Shown here piece after piece: positions 49,981 through 61,015 of a DNA stretch of 64,000 nucleotides; within the stretch, counting starts at the first letter, position 1; every line of letters starts with the position of its first letter. The notes under the pieces are model-generated. The model made no database searches. It was not told where the DNA came from and worked only from the letters and a program-made list of their open reading frames with translations. The position numbers and the translations under genes were made by a program. The DNA is from TPA_inf: Saccharomyces (lineage: Eukaryota), in assembly GCA_000146045.2 (NCBI GenBank), contig BK006938.2:608001-672000 (forward strand), in the 5' to 3' direction.

Positions 49981-50349
49981 TTAGAAGGCGTATTGCTCAA
50001 TAGTAGAAAGCAGGCCTGTGCACATGAATTAATTAAAAAATATAAAGGTAGTGATTAGACGACACATGTCCATAGGTAACCTGTCATAATTTTGAACAAT
50101 TTCCCTTCTTTTCTTTTTTTTTTTTGGGTGCGGCGATATGTAGCTTGTTAATTTACACATCATGTACTTTTCTGCATCAAAATATGAAAGGCGATAGTAG
50201 CTAAAGAAAATACCGAGAATTTCCTCGAAAAGTTGACGACAAAAGAAAGGCATAAAAAAGTAATTTGAAAATATTTTAAAACTGTTTTAACCCATCTAGC
50301 ATCCGCGCTAAAAAAGGAAGATACAGGATACAGCGGAAACAACTTTTAA

Positions 50350-53103
50350 ATGATGGAAACTCCTACAGACAATATAGTTTCCCCTTTTCACAATTTTGGT
50401 AGCTCGACACAATATAGTGGTACCTTGTCGAGAACTCCCAACCAAATAATAGAGCTAGAGAAGCCCAGTACTCTATCCCCATTGTCAAGAGGAAAAAAAT
50501 GGACGGAAAAGTTAGCCAGGTTCCAAAGAAGTAGTGCTAAAAAGAAAAGATTCTCACCTTCTCCTATTTCCTCCTCTACATTTTCGTTCTCACCCAAATC
50601 TAGGGTCACTTCTTCAAACTCTTCTGGCAATGAAGACGGTAACCTAATGAATACACCTTCTACGGTTTCCACTGATTATTTGCCACAACACCCTCACAGA
50701 ACATCGTCTTTGCCAAGACCTAATTCCAATCTCTTTCACGCAAGTAATAGTAACCTATCCCGAGCAAATGAGCCCCCAAGGGCCGAAAATTTATCAGATA
50801 ATATACCACCCAAGGTCGCTCCATTTGGCTATCCAATACAAAGAACCTCTATTAAAAAATCCTTTTTGAATGCTTCTTGTACGTTATGTGACGAGCCTAT
50901 TTCTAACAGAAGAAAGGGAGAGAAAATTATAGAGCTTGCATGTGGCCACTTAAGTCACCAAGAATGTCTTATTATCTCTTTTGGCACCACTTCAAAGGCA
51001 GACGTTCGTGCGCTATTTCCTTTTTGTACCAAATGTAAAAAAGATACTAACAAAGCCGTTCAATGCATTCCAGAAAATGATGAACTAAAGGATATTCTAA
51101 TTTCTGATTTTTTGATTCATAAGATTCCTGATTCTGAGTTATCAATCACACCTCAGTCCCGCTTTCCTCCTTATTCACCACTCTTGCCTCCTTTTGGGTT
51201 ATCCTATACACCTGTTGAAAGACAAACGATATATTCTCAAGCTCCAAGTCTAAACCCAAATCTCATATTGGCTGCACCCCCCAAGGAAAGAAACCAAATT
51301 CCACAAAAAAAATCAAACTATACATTTTTACATTCACCCCTGGGGCACAGAAGAATTCCGTCCGGAGCAAACTCTATCTTAGCAGACACCTCTGTAGCGT
51401 TGTCAGCTAATGATTCTATTTCTGCTGTTTCCAATTCGGTAAGAGCAAAGGATGACGAAACCAAAACAACGTTGCCGCTGTTAAGGTCATATTTTATTCA
51501 AATTCTTTTGAACAATTTCCAGGAAGAATTGCAGGATTGGAGAATAGACGGGGACTATGGATTACTAAGGTTGGTAGACAAATTGATGATTTCCAAAGAT
51601 GGTCAGAGATATATACAATGCTGGTGTTTCTTATTTGAAGACGCATTTGTAATAGCAGAAGTGGATAACGATGTTGATGTTTTGGAAATTAGACTAAAGA
51701 ATTTAGAAGTATTTACACCTATTGCCAACTTGAGAATGACTACACTCGAAGCTTCAGTACTCAAATGCACCTTAAATAAACAACATTGCGCCGATTTATC
51801 AGATCTTTACATTGTTCAGAATATAAATTCTGACGAAAGCACAACTGTACAGAAATGGATATCAGGTATATTGAATCAGGATTTTGTATTCAATGAGGAC
51901 AATATCACTTCGACCCTGCCTATTCTTCCCATTATAAAGAACTTTTCAAAAGATGTTGGTAATGGTAGGCACGAGACGAGTACCTTTCTAGGTTTAATCA
52001 ATCCTAACAAAGTTGTTGAAGTTGGAAATGTGCACGATAATGATACTGTAATCATAAGGAGGGGATTCACCTTAAATTCAGGAGAATGTTCTAGGCAGAG
52101 TACTGTCGACAGTATACAATCTGTTCTAACCACGATAAGCTCAATTCTTTCCCTTAAACGAGAAAAACCTGATAATTTGGCAATAATCTTACAGATCGAT
52201 TTTACGAAATTGAAGGAAGAAGACAGTTTAATTGTTGTTTATAACAGTCTAAAAGCTTTAACCATTAAATTTGCGCGTTTGCAGTTTTGTTTCGTTGATC
52301 GAAATAATTATGTTCTGGACTATGGATCGGTATTACACAAGATAGATTCACTAGATTCCATCTCAAATCTCAAATCAAAGAGTTCCTCGACACAATTTTC
52401 ACCTATTTGGTTGAAAAATACTCTATATCCCGAAAATATTCATGAACATTTGGGTATTGTTGCTGTATCAAATAGTAATATGGAAGCAAAAAAATCCATA
52501 CTATTTCAAGATTACAGATGCTTTACAAGTTTTGGAAGAAGAAGGCCCAATGAATTGAAGATTAAGGTGGGCTATTTGAACGTTGACTACAGTGATAAAA
52601 TTGATGAACTAGTCGAGGCCAGCTCCTGGACTTTTGTTTTAGAAACTCTTTGCTACAGTTTCGGTCTAAGTTTTGATGAACATGATGACGATGACGAAGA
52701 GGATAATGATGATTCGACCGATAATGAACTTGATAATAGTTCAGGATCACTGTCGGATGCTGAATCTACAACTACTATTCATATTGATTCTCCATTTGAT
52801 AATGAAAATGCTACCGCAAATATGGTGAATGACAGAAACCTTCTCACTGAGGGTGAACATAGCAATATAGAAAACTTAGAAACTGTCGCTTCTTCAGTAC
52901 AGCCAGCTCTGATTCCTAATATTAGATTTTCACTTCATTCTGAGGAGGAAGGTACTAATGAAAATGAAAATGAAAATGATATGCCAGTATTATTACTTAG
53001 TGATATGGATAAAGGAATCGATGGCATAACCAGACGCAGTTCATTCTCGAGTCTTATAGAGAGCGGTAATAACAACTGTCCCCTCCATATGGATTATATA
53101 TAG
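50350..53103 (+). CDS. STE5: STE5 (YDR103W) pheromone-pathway MAPK scaffold, 917 aa
   Basis: MMETPTDNIVSPF…, a RING-H2-like CTLCDEPIS…CGHLSHQEC, and 917 aa. Confidence 0.95.
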   Translation: MMETPTDNIVSPFHNFGSSTQYSGTLSRTPNQIIELEKPSTLSPLSRGKKWTEKLARFQRSSAKKKRFSPSPISSSTFSFSPKSRVTSSNSSGNEDGNLMNTPSTVSTDYLPQHPHRTSSLPRPNSNLFHASNSNLSRANEPPRAENLSDNIPPKVAPFGYPIQRTSIKKSFLNASCTLCDEPISNRRKGEKIIELACGHLSHQECLIISFGTTSKADVRALFPFCTKCKKDTNKAVQCIPENDELKDILISDFLIHKIPDSELSITPQSRFPPYSPLLPPFGLSYTPVERQTIYSQAPSLNPNLILAAPPKERNQIPQKKSNYTFLHSPLGHRRIPSGANSILADTSVALSANDSISAVSNSVRAKDDETKTTLPLLRSYFIQILLNNFQEELQDWRIDGDYGLLRLVDKLMISKDGQRYIQCWCFLFEDAFVIAEVDNDVDVLEIRLKNLEVFTPIANLRMTTLEASVLKCTLNKQHCADLSDLYIVQNINSDESTTVQKWISGILNQDFVFNEDNITSTLPILPIIKNFSKDVGNGRHETSTFLGLINPNKVVEVGNVHDNDTVIIRRGFTLNSGECSRQSTVDSIQSVLTTISSILSLKREKPDNLAIILQIDFTKLKEEDSLIVVYNSLKALTIKFARLQFCFVDRNNYVLDYGSVLHKIDSLDSISNLKSKSSSTQFSPIWLKNTLYPENIHEHLGIVAVSNSNMEAKKSILFQDYRCFTSFGRRRPNELKIKVGYLNVDYSDKIDELVEASSWTFVLETLCYSFGLSFDEHDDDDEEDNDDSTDNELDNSSGSLSDAESTTTIHIDSPFDNENATANMVNDRNLLTEGEHSNIENLETVASSVQPALIPNIRFSLHSEEEGTNENENENDMPVLLLSDMDKGIDGITRRSSFSSLIESGNNNCPLHMDYI

Positions 53104-53172
53104 AGTATACACTAAATTTTATGCAATAATAAAAAGAAAGCATCCCGCCAAACGTTTCGTAACTACATATTG

Positions 53173-56100
53173 TTACATAGTTTGATTCCGTGAATTTGAA
53201 GTGGACGCAGTTCTTCTTAGTCTTTCAAGTTCATAGTAAATAGACATTACCCAAAGATCTCTTTCCTGTCTTGATCTTGCCATGAAAACCATTGACTTGC
53301 CGCTCACACCTAACTTTTTAGTGAAATGGATCTTATCTGTGTTACTTGGAACATTAGAGTTATTCAAGTCAGCTTCCGGAGCAGAAGGTGGGTCAATATT
53401 ATTATCTTGTCTACCATAATCTTGCGTATATTGCTTTTCATTCCCTTTCTTCTGTAAGCGATTGCTAGAAAGGGCACGCCTTGTTCCAAACCAAAGCGTA
53501 AAGCATCGCGAACTCTCGTCTTCTACAGATCGCCATCCGTCCCCATAAACTCGTGGGAGAGCGTGGGATCCATAGTTTATTTCGTCAAAAGTACGATCTC
53601 TCTGCAGAAGGTCTAGTTCTGTTGTGGTCCCAGAGTATAGGTAGCAATCGTCAATCGGAATGGTTACATAATGAGCATACTCCAAAACTTCCTTAGCAAA
53701 ACCTGTGGTTGATCTATGAAAGCAGTGGAACAGTACAATAAAACCTGATATCAAAACGACGTAGTACTTCGAGAAAACAGAATGCTTGTGCGGCTTTTGA
53801 TATAAAGGTCCCTTTTGAATTAACGGCCTACTTAATGATATTCCATTTGCATTAAAGGTTTGCTCATCTGCACGCCCATGTTCTACGATCCAGCGCAATG
53901 TATTCTCACCAATTTTTGTTTCCTCTTCTCCATTTAGCATCAAAAGACCTGCATTTGAACGCCTTATTTTTAAAAGCCTCTCCGTATCTTCCCTTTGCTT
54001 GTTTTTCCAATAGGATATCATTTGTTTCAGCTTTATGACCCACTCTTCAGCAACTGTTGCTGATGTAGCAAGCAGCTTCAAGAGGAGTCCATTTGAGGTT
54101 TCTATATTTATTACGGACCGTGAAACATCATCAATCTCGTAGTTTCTATGCCAAAAGATTTCACTAGCTTCCTTGTAAACCCCATATTTTATTTTGTCTG
54201 CTTCGTAATCAGTCCTTGTTCCTTGATATATATCTTTCACCTCAGTTAGGTCAATCACATTGTCCGTTTTTAGTATTTGATCAATCCTTCTATGAAAACA
54301 ATGGAAAGCATAGAAATCTCTGGAATCATATTCACTTTGGGTCGTTTGACAGTTCATCCACTCGATGTGATCATTTGTGTCTAAGGGATAAGGTTGTTGC
54401 TCGTAAACCTCTGGAATTTTCTTCCACTGTTTCCAAATTTCTTCTTTTTCTATTTCTGTGCTAGTGTCGTCAATCATCGAATCTATAGGCAATGGTGGGT
54501 TTGCTCTATATGCTTTCATCGAAAAAAGCAAATTCTCACACGTGAAGAAGTAAGCTGTTGAAATACTATATTTACCAAAATTTGTCCTCGCAGAGCCATA
54601 CTTGTCAGTCAATCTTATTAAAAAACCTTCAATAGGTGTTGGTTCTTTCAGACATTTTCCTTCTAAAGATTTTGTTTCCCTTAAACGATTCGCAATTGGC
54701 CTGTACTGGATTAGGTGAGATTGACAAAATGCAAAAATTCCAGTTACCAGAGAATCTTCATCACATGGAATCCACTCCAATCTATCATATCTTTTCAGGG
54801 CACATCCTAGTACAGGATTTTCTGTATCCCATTTTCTAATCAGATAGTCATAATGCGCCAATTTTAATTTCTCCAAAATAGCAACTGTGAAATATCGTAA
54901 AATGGGATGCTGGAAAATTTTATAACCTCTTTGAAGAAAACATATTTTTAATCTATCTTTTTCCTGCTTCCCTAAATCTATTAGCTTTTGGAATATAATT
55001 TCATTCAAGTTTATTTTTATCGAGATCTCAGTTAATGGAATTTTCAAGTTGATGGCAGGTGTAAATAGTTGTCGGTCCAAAGATTCTAGTAGAAATTTGT
55101 ACCATCTACCAGACGAACGAATACTGCTGCATCTTAAGATAAAAATTTTAATGGGGGAATAGTGTTTTAATTCGTCCTTCTTTTCAATACTCTCGTCTAT
55201 AAACCCACCTAACCGCTTATCAGGCTTTTGTATGGATATAGTTTTGTCTAGAGAGCTGTAGAATTTTACAATACAATTTCTTGAAAGAAAAAAATCCAAC
55301 GGGTTGCGGTGATACTTTGTAGCTATGGAACTGATATCTTCGATTTCTGGGATATGACGATGACGATAGAACTGTAAAAGTATCGGGGGATCGAATCTTC
55401 CCGTGGATCTTGCAATAACAATATATTCTTTCCACCGTTCACTGACCCTTGTATCAAAGCACTCGTTTTCAGAGAAGTTGGGAAGTGGTACTTTATTTTG
55501 TATAGCTTCTTTTACCATCACTAGCATTTTTTCTTTTTTAAGGATCTGACCGGTGCGTTTCTTGACAGTTGCTTTATTTGTTAGTGAATTTGTCATACCT
55601 AAGAAAGTTCCAACACTATCTTTGATTTTGCAGCTAGTTTTGTTTCGAGCATTGTGAACATGTTTTCTTATATGATGAGAATGTTTAGAGGCTAGCCTAT
55701 CGTGTATAATTCTCTCTTCCTCCGTCAGTTCGGTAGGCCATGGAGGTAGGATATTAATAAACGGAAGATGACTCGAATGCAACTTACCAATGTCCACGCA
55801 TGAACCTCTTTCTCTTTTTTGAAAGGCATCCGCACTTTTACGTCTTTCATCGAGATAAGTCCCATATTTCTGGGATGTTTTCCACAGCATCAAGTTTTCC
55901 TTTTCCATACTTTGTAGAGCATTAAAAAAAATCTTTTCATTTGCATTTAATCCCACGTTATTGATAGTATTAGATGTTGAAAAGCCATCACTTAGGTCAT
56001 TCGAGTTAACAAATTGTCCTGATCTACTTAGAATACTATTTGGGGCGGGGCTTGTCCGATTTGTTACTTCAATTATACTGTCGGGATATCTCAAAGTATC

Positions 56101-56910
56101 TTCAGAAGGTTCTCTATTATAATTAAAGTCTGTTTCTCCAACACTTCTGGCTGAAGAGGGGCTCGGTATTCTATCAAAATGCGAATAATCTTTTCTGGAT
56201 ATGCTTTTTGATTCCCCTAGATCTTTTCGTTTCAAATTCGAAAGGAGTGATTTATTCCTTTTATTTGTATTTTCTTGATCTTCTTCATGTAAAACTGGGT
56301 GGATATCCACGGCTTGCGCCGTATCGATGAGAGGCAAACTATTGTTTCTAGAAAGCTCTGATTTTTTTTCTTTCAAAAGCTCTTGTCGCATGAAGTTTTG
56401 ATCGGAAGAACTCCTACACCTTCTGGGTAGACTTAATTTATATTCACTTTTCTGCACAGGACTTGACCTAGTTCTCTTCATCTCCATTTCCGCTTCTTTA
56501 AGACGATGACCGTTGTGAATTGATGTATTATCTTCATAGGACCATGTAAAGTGCTTTCTTAAGTACAATGCAGTTGGGATCTTCCCTACACGCTTTTTGT
56601 AAATTGTTCCATAGCCATATCTTCTTAGCATGTCAGATTGCTTCCTAACCTTCCGAAGTGAAATTTTAGTTAGAAGTTTCCAGACTTGATTATTTTGATC
56701 AGCGTACCATTGTTTTGGAATACCACCTAGCAAAGTCACCTGTGAACATGCTGAAAGCTCTGTAGGTGAAACATACGACAGTCTAAACGCTGTGAAGGAA
56801 TGCCGGGGAATGGTGAAGACCTTGACATTTGCATTTTGTGGTGAGCTGAAGCTAGTCACTCTCTGCGCGTACTTAACATCGTCTTCAACAACATTAACGA
56901 TAGAATCCAT
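53173..56910 (-). CDS. SPO71: SPO71 (YDR104C) meiosis-specific prospore-membrane protein, 1245 aa
   Basis: A 1245-aa ORF in the correct position. Confidence 0.85.
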   Translation of the reverse strand: MDSIVNVVEDDVKYAQRVTSFSSPQNANVKVFTIPRHSFTAFRLSYVSPTELSACSQVTLLGGIPKQWYADQNNQVWKLLTKISLRKVRKQSDMLRRYGYGTIYKKRVGKIPTALYLRKHFTWSYEDNTSIHNGHRLKEAEMEMKRTRSSPVQKSEYKLSLPRRCRSSSDQNFMRQELLKEKKSELSRNNSLPLIDTAQAVDIHPVLHEEDQENTNKRNKSLLSNLKRKDLGESKSISRKDYSHFDRIPSPSSARSVGETDFNYNREPSEDTLRYPDSIIEVTNRTSPAPNSILSRSGQFVNSNDLSDGFSTSNTINNVGLNANEKIFFNALQSMEKENLMLWKTSQKYGTYLDERRKSADAFQKRERGSCVDIGKLHSSHLPFINILPPWPTELTEEERIIHDRLASKHSHHIRKHVHNARNKTSCKIKDSVGTFLGMTNSLTNKATVKKRTGQILKKEKMLVMVKEAIQNKVPLPNFSENECFDTRVSERWKEYIVIARSTGRFDPPILLQFYRHRHIPEIEDISSIATKYHRNPLDFFLSRNCIVKFYSSLDKTISIQKPDKRLGGFIDESIEKKDELKHYSPIKIFILRCSSIRSSGRWYKFLLESLDRQLFTPAINLKIPLTEISIKINLNEIIFQKLIDLGKQEKDRLKICFLQRGYKIFQHPILRYFTVAILEKLKLAHYDYLIRKWDTENPVLGCALKRYDRLEWIPCDEDSLVTGIFAFCQSHLIQYRPIANRLRETKSLEGKCLKEPTPIEGFLIRLTDKYGSARTNFGKYSISTAYFFTCENLLFSMKAYRANPPLPIDSMIDDTSTEIEKEEIWKQWKKIPEVYEQQPYPLDTNDHIEWMNCQTTQSEYDSRDFYAFHCFHRRIDQILKTDNVIDLTEVKDIYQGTRTDYEADKIKYGVYKEASEIFWHRNYEIDDVSRSVINIETSNGLLLKLLATSATVAEEWVIKLKQMISYWKNKQREDTERLLKIRRSNAGLLMLNGEEETKIGENTLRWIVEHGRADEQTFNANGISLSRPLIQKGPLYQKPHKHSVFSKYYVVLISGFIVLFHCFHRSTTGFAKEVLEYAHYVTIPIDDCYLYSGTTTELDLLQRDRTFDEINYGSHALPRVYGDGWRSVEDESSRCFTLWFGTRRALSSNRLQKKGNEKQYTQDYGRQDNNIDPPSAPEADLNNSNVPSNTDKIHFTKKLGVSGKSMVFMARSRQERDLWVMSIYYELERLRRTASTSNSRNQTM

Positions 56911-57348
56911 ATTTCGAAATGTTTCGAAGACAAATCCCTTTCTTTTACAATCACTGTATGCTGACTTTTGTTATTGATATTTTCACCAGACATTTCTTTA
57001 GCCACAATGATTTTGTTTTACCATATCTTTGAAGCACGGCGCAAACTCCGAATATCGCATAAAGAAGGTTGAGAGAATGTTTTCTACCTTTAAAAGAAGA
57101 AAAGAGATCCTTCGAAAACGGTCGATCGATAATAACTGTAATTGGCATTTCAAATAAATAGAGGATAGTTAAAATAATCCTCGAGAAGCGATATCTCAAT
57201 TAGATAATTAAGATCCATTTTTTTTTGAGGGAGGTTTACTCATCTTCTTGAAACTAGTGCATGAGTATAGTAAAATTAGTGTTTCTACTGGGGGCTACTT
57301 AAAAAAAAGTTACATACATTATAAGAAAATCTTTTTGTGTTAGTCTAT

Positions 57349-58770
57349 TTAATAGTAATTCTCGTAATCAAATCTATCGGGCATAATCGCTGGGGCTACC
57401 ACTGTCCAACCGTAAAGGGCATAACATATCCATGCACTAACTATTTTTACCCAAGAATAAAAATATGTTCTTCCTACGGGTATAAAATCACCTACATCAT
57501 CCTGGGTAACGTTTATTGTTAGTAAAATTGCAATCCACTGGGTTGCCAGAAAGAATATAACGTGGAACAGAGTGTAATTGTACTTGGTTCCAGTCCTTTC
57601 ATCATCATTTTGGTTATCCATTGCGCCTGTAGGAGATGATGTCCCTAACCAAGCGGTATCATATAAGGCACTTTCCGGTAAAGATCCTTCTTCTACAGCT
57701 TGTTTAATAGCTTCATACCTCAACTGATTTCTTGTCTGTCCACCTAGTCCTTCGTACTCGATATCATTCCCGAGATATATAGCACCATTAGTATTGGTGC
57801 CTTGAAAAGCACTATTAGCAGCGGCTCTAGTTGTGGTGTAAGCAATCGCAATAAAAGTAAATAAAGAGCCCAAAATGATACTAAACTTACGGGTTCCACT
57901 AGATCTAACCAACGGATTACACATTTTGTCATCCGGTTCGGAAGACATGGCACTCATTGTCAAATAAGTACAGTAAACAGAAACCATACTACTTTGGGCC
58001 AGCCCACTTTTAGGGTTGGCCTCTTGGATCTTAGGATTCACCGATAAGACAAGCGTTATAACAGTTAATATTAAATTGACTGTTACCGCTGTTTGATTCA
58101 TGTTACATTGTTGATGACAAAACATAACATACATAACAACAGTCATGATAATCGATGCGGTATACATTGAAGTTGTCCCTAAAACCAAAAATCGTTGCCA
58201 GAATGAGGAATCTTCATCTTCTGACTCAACGTGACTAATACACGTTTCAGCCCACTCATGAGCGAAGTCTACTAATAATATAAGCCCAACCAGGATGAAA
58301 ATTGCTCCACTAGGGACTGACACCCACTTGGAAAAGAAAATATAAAAGTCATTGGGGATGACAAATGACAAAACAATGAGACATAAATACAGTATAAATT
58401 TTAAACTCCACCACGAATTCTGTAATGCTGCTCTTACGTCATTAGTCGACTTTACGCCCGTTAGTACAAGCGCCAATATCAAATGTAAGCATCCCAATGC
58501 AAAATTCAACCTATGAACTGTAAAAAATCCACATTCCCCAGTCCCAGTACATGTCTTCCCTGGCCATAGGATTGATTTGTTCGCAGAATAGGACACCCAT
58601 GATATCAATGAGTTAAGTAAAAGCCAAACGGCGTACAGAAGTCTTGTCCCTAAAGAAGAAGATCCTAGGGAAGATGCAGTCTTAGTCACCAAGTTTGAGC
58701 AGCAACCTCCAAAACAGGACGCCACGAATGAGCCCGCCATGCTAACTGGCAAAGAAATTACGGCACCCAT
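57349..58770 (-). CDS. TMS1: TMS1 (YDR105C) serine-incorporator (TDE1/SERINC) family membrane protein, 473 aa
   Basis: A 473-aa polytopic ORF. Confidence 0.85.
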   Translation of the reverse strand: MGAVISLPVSMAGSFVASCFGGCCSNLVTKTASSLGSSSLGTRLLYAVWLLLNSLISWVSYSANKSILWPGKTCTGTGECGFFTVHRLNFALGCLHLILALVLTGVKSTNDVRAALQNSWWSLKFILYLCLIVLSFVIPNDFYIFFSKWVSVPSGAIFILVGLILLVDFAHEWAETCISHVESEDEDSSFWQRFLVLGTTSMYTASIIMTVVMYVMFCHQQCNMNQTAVTVNLILTVITLVLSVNPKIQEANPKSGLAQSSMVSVYCTYLTMSAMSSEPDDKMCNPLVRSSGTRKFSIILGSLFTFIAIAYTTTRAAANSAFQGTNTNGAIYLGNDIEYEGLGGQTRNQLRYEAIKQAVEEGSLPESALYDTAWLGTSSPTGAMDNQNDDERTGTKYNYTLFHVIFFLATQWIAILLTINVTQDDVGDFIPVGRTYFYSWVKIVSAWICYALYGWTVVAPAIMPDRFDYENYY

Positions 58771-59003
58771 GGTAGATTGTTGTACTTTGTGATGGGTATT
58801 TTGATATGAAGTAAATCTGTTGTTTGATTATAAACTTCGTTTTGGGGGCATAAAGACCTCAAAAACAGTTCTCTTTTTTGTTAGAATCTAATTGTCGGAA
58901 CTTCTATTGTAGCCGAGAGACATAAACAAAAGAGGTACAAATACTACAATATTCGACACTGTGAAATGATAAAAAAAATCTACCCAGGAAACCCTATGAG
59001 GAA

Positions 59004-59858
59004 ATGTCGAATACTATTGTGATAGTCTATTTGGGAGCTAACAGAATCGAAATTGGAAGAAGTGCTGATGCGTGTCCACAAGAAATTATCGCCTGGAAAA
59101 CAGGTAGTATTAATGAAAAAAATAGGGAAGAATTGAAAAAAATATTTGAACATTACTTCCAAATTTGCAACATCTTGGGAAATCGAGAAGTACAAGTGTT
59201 GATACTAGAAGATATCTTCATTTCTGTAGTAGAGAAAAGAATTATTTGTAGCATCTTGTTTAAGGAATTTGACTGCGCTCACGTTTCGTTTGTCCCCAGG
59301 GCCATTGTGCACTGCTTATCCTGTAATACAAGGAATGCCATAGTTATAGATATAGGTACCAATTATACTACATGCGTACCTATTTTCGACCTTAGACCTT
59401 TGCAACAGTTCATAAAATACTCAAAACGAGGCAAAAGACAGGTTGAGTCAAGAATTCCTCTCCCGGGCAGTCTCTACATGCCAATATTTTTTGACGAAGA
59501 ATACAACTCTAAAAATTGTGAAGTAGATGAAACCCCGGTAATAAATCTTGTCAAAAATATTGTAGAGTCACTTCCTATCGACTTGAGAAGGCCACTGAGA
59601 GAAAATATCATTATAGTAAACATTGAAGAGGCGTATGAAACAGTAATAAGGAATTTATTCAAGTTAAAAATGGATACGTCCAAAATCCAGTTTCCTAAAA
59701 ATTACTGGCAGGCTGGTTCTGCATGCGCGAAAATACTTCTGCACTATAAGGGGAGCAACATTGTAGGAATAGAAAGAGATGAGTTTTATAACAATCCTCA
59801 TATTGCTCCTGATTGGTTTGATTATTACTTCAGAACTGGAGTGAAGCGCTTACAATAG
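59004..59858 (+). CDS. ARP10: ARP10 (YDR106W) dynactin actin-related protein, 284 aa
   Basis: A 284-aa ORF in the correct position. Confidence 0.8.
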   Translation: MSNTIVIVYLGANRIEIGRSADACPQEIIAWKTGSINEKNREELKKIFEHYFQICNILGNREVQVLILEDIFISVVEKRIICSILFKEFDCAHVSFVPRAIVHCLSCNTRNAIVIDIGTNYTTCVPIFDLRPLQQFIKYSKRGKRQVESRIPLPGSLYMPIFFDEEYNSKNCEVDETPVINLVKNIVESLPIDLRRPLRENIIIVNIEEAYETVIRNLFKLKMDTSKIQFPKNYWQAGSACAKILLHYKGSNIVGIERDEFYNNPHIAPDWFDYYFRTGVKRLQ

Positions 59859-60006
59859 GCTTTATGTATATGTAGAAAACAAAAACAGGAAGTGTTCTCT
59901 TCACCAAACTGCGTCTTTCCACAACAATTAGCCTTATTGAGCTTTTGATGTAAAAGTTTATGATAGTAAAGAGCTATTTTTAACAATAGAGGAGAAAAAA
60001 TAAAAA

Positions 60007-60080
60007 TGGTCTCTAGCGGGATCGAACCGCTGATCCCCGCGTTATTAGCACGGTGCCTTAACCAACTGGGCCAAGAGACC
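60007..60080 (-). tRNA. tRNA-Ile (anticodon AAU)
   Basis: The reverse complement is GGTCTCTTGGCCCAGTTGGTTAAGGCACCGTGCTAATAACGCGGGGATCAGCGGTTCGATCCCGCTAGAGACCA. Confidence 0.9.
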
Positions 60081-60095
60081 AATTTGGATCGAAAG

Positions 60096-60436
60096 TGTTG
60101 TATCTCAAAATGAGATATGTCAGTATGACAATACGTCATCCTAAACGTTCATAAAACACATATGAAACAACCTTATAACAAAACGAACAACATGAGATAA
60201 AACACGGCCTTCCCTAGCTGAACTACCCAAACGTATAAATGCTTGAACAATTAGTTTAGATCCGAGATTCCGCGCTTCCACCACTTAGTATGATTCATAT
60301 TTTATATAATATATAAGATAAGTAACATTCCGTGAATTAATCTGATAAACTGTTTTGACAACTGGTTACTTCCCTAAGACTGTTTATATTAGGATTGTCA
60401 AGACACTCCGGTATTACTCGAGCCCGTAATACAACA
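60096..60436 (+). repeat. Solo Ty3 LTR (sigma), 341 bp, 15 bp upstream of the tRNA-Ile 5' end
   Basis: TGTTGTATCTCAAAATGAGATATGTCAG…CTCGAGCCCGTAATACAACA, flanked by a 5-bp target-site duplication GAAAG (60091-60095 and 60437-60441). Confidence 0.92.
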
Positions 60437-60541
60437 GAAAGTTAACCATTAATATTTCACCTAATTACACACTCTCCTAAAGAATTTGGATTTGATAACT
60501 ATCATGTCATTTGAAAGAGTAACTCGTTTTCAGATTTATTA

Positions 60542-60830
60542 TTGCCGGAATAAAAATAAATAAATATATCGAATAATATTCTTTATTATTAATGTCGAAT
60601 GAGTTGTTAGAAGACTTCATAACAATTATCGGATTTAATGGAAGCTGAAGTGCAAGAATTGATAATTTAATAAGATAATGAATTTAATATAAAATATAAA
60701 CGGAGAGAGAATAATGTTGTTATATAGAATTGTTGATTCCCTTTTGCGGATTTCTTATATCCTCGAGGAAAACTTCTAATATATATCCAATATAATCGTT
60801 TCCAAATTGTGAAAGAAAAAAAAATCTTCA
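60542..60830 (+). repeat. Degenerate Ty4 (tau)-like / delta-family LTR fragment
   Basis: …ggaagctgaagtgcaagaattgataat…cccttttgcggatttcttatatcctcgaggaaaacttctaatatat… resembles the tau/delta internal region. The ends are eroded and the boundaries approximate. Confidence 0.4.
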
Positions 60831-61015
60831 ATACAGTGTATTAGTGCTACATAAAAACGCGTTAAAACTTGCATTCCAATTTATCAAAAAGTTTGCCAGG
60901 ACATATAGGATATAAATGCATTGCGAAGTAAAACACTTCTCAAAAAATTAAAAAAAAAAAAAAAAATAAAACTAACGTATTCACTTCTTTTACTTTAGTG
61001 GAGAGAATAACGAAA

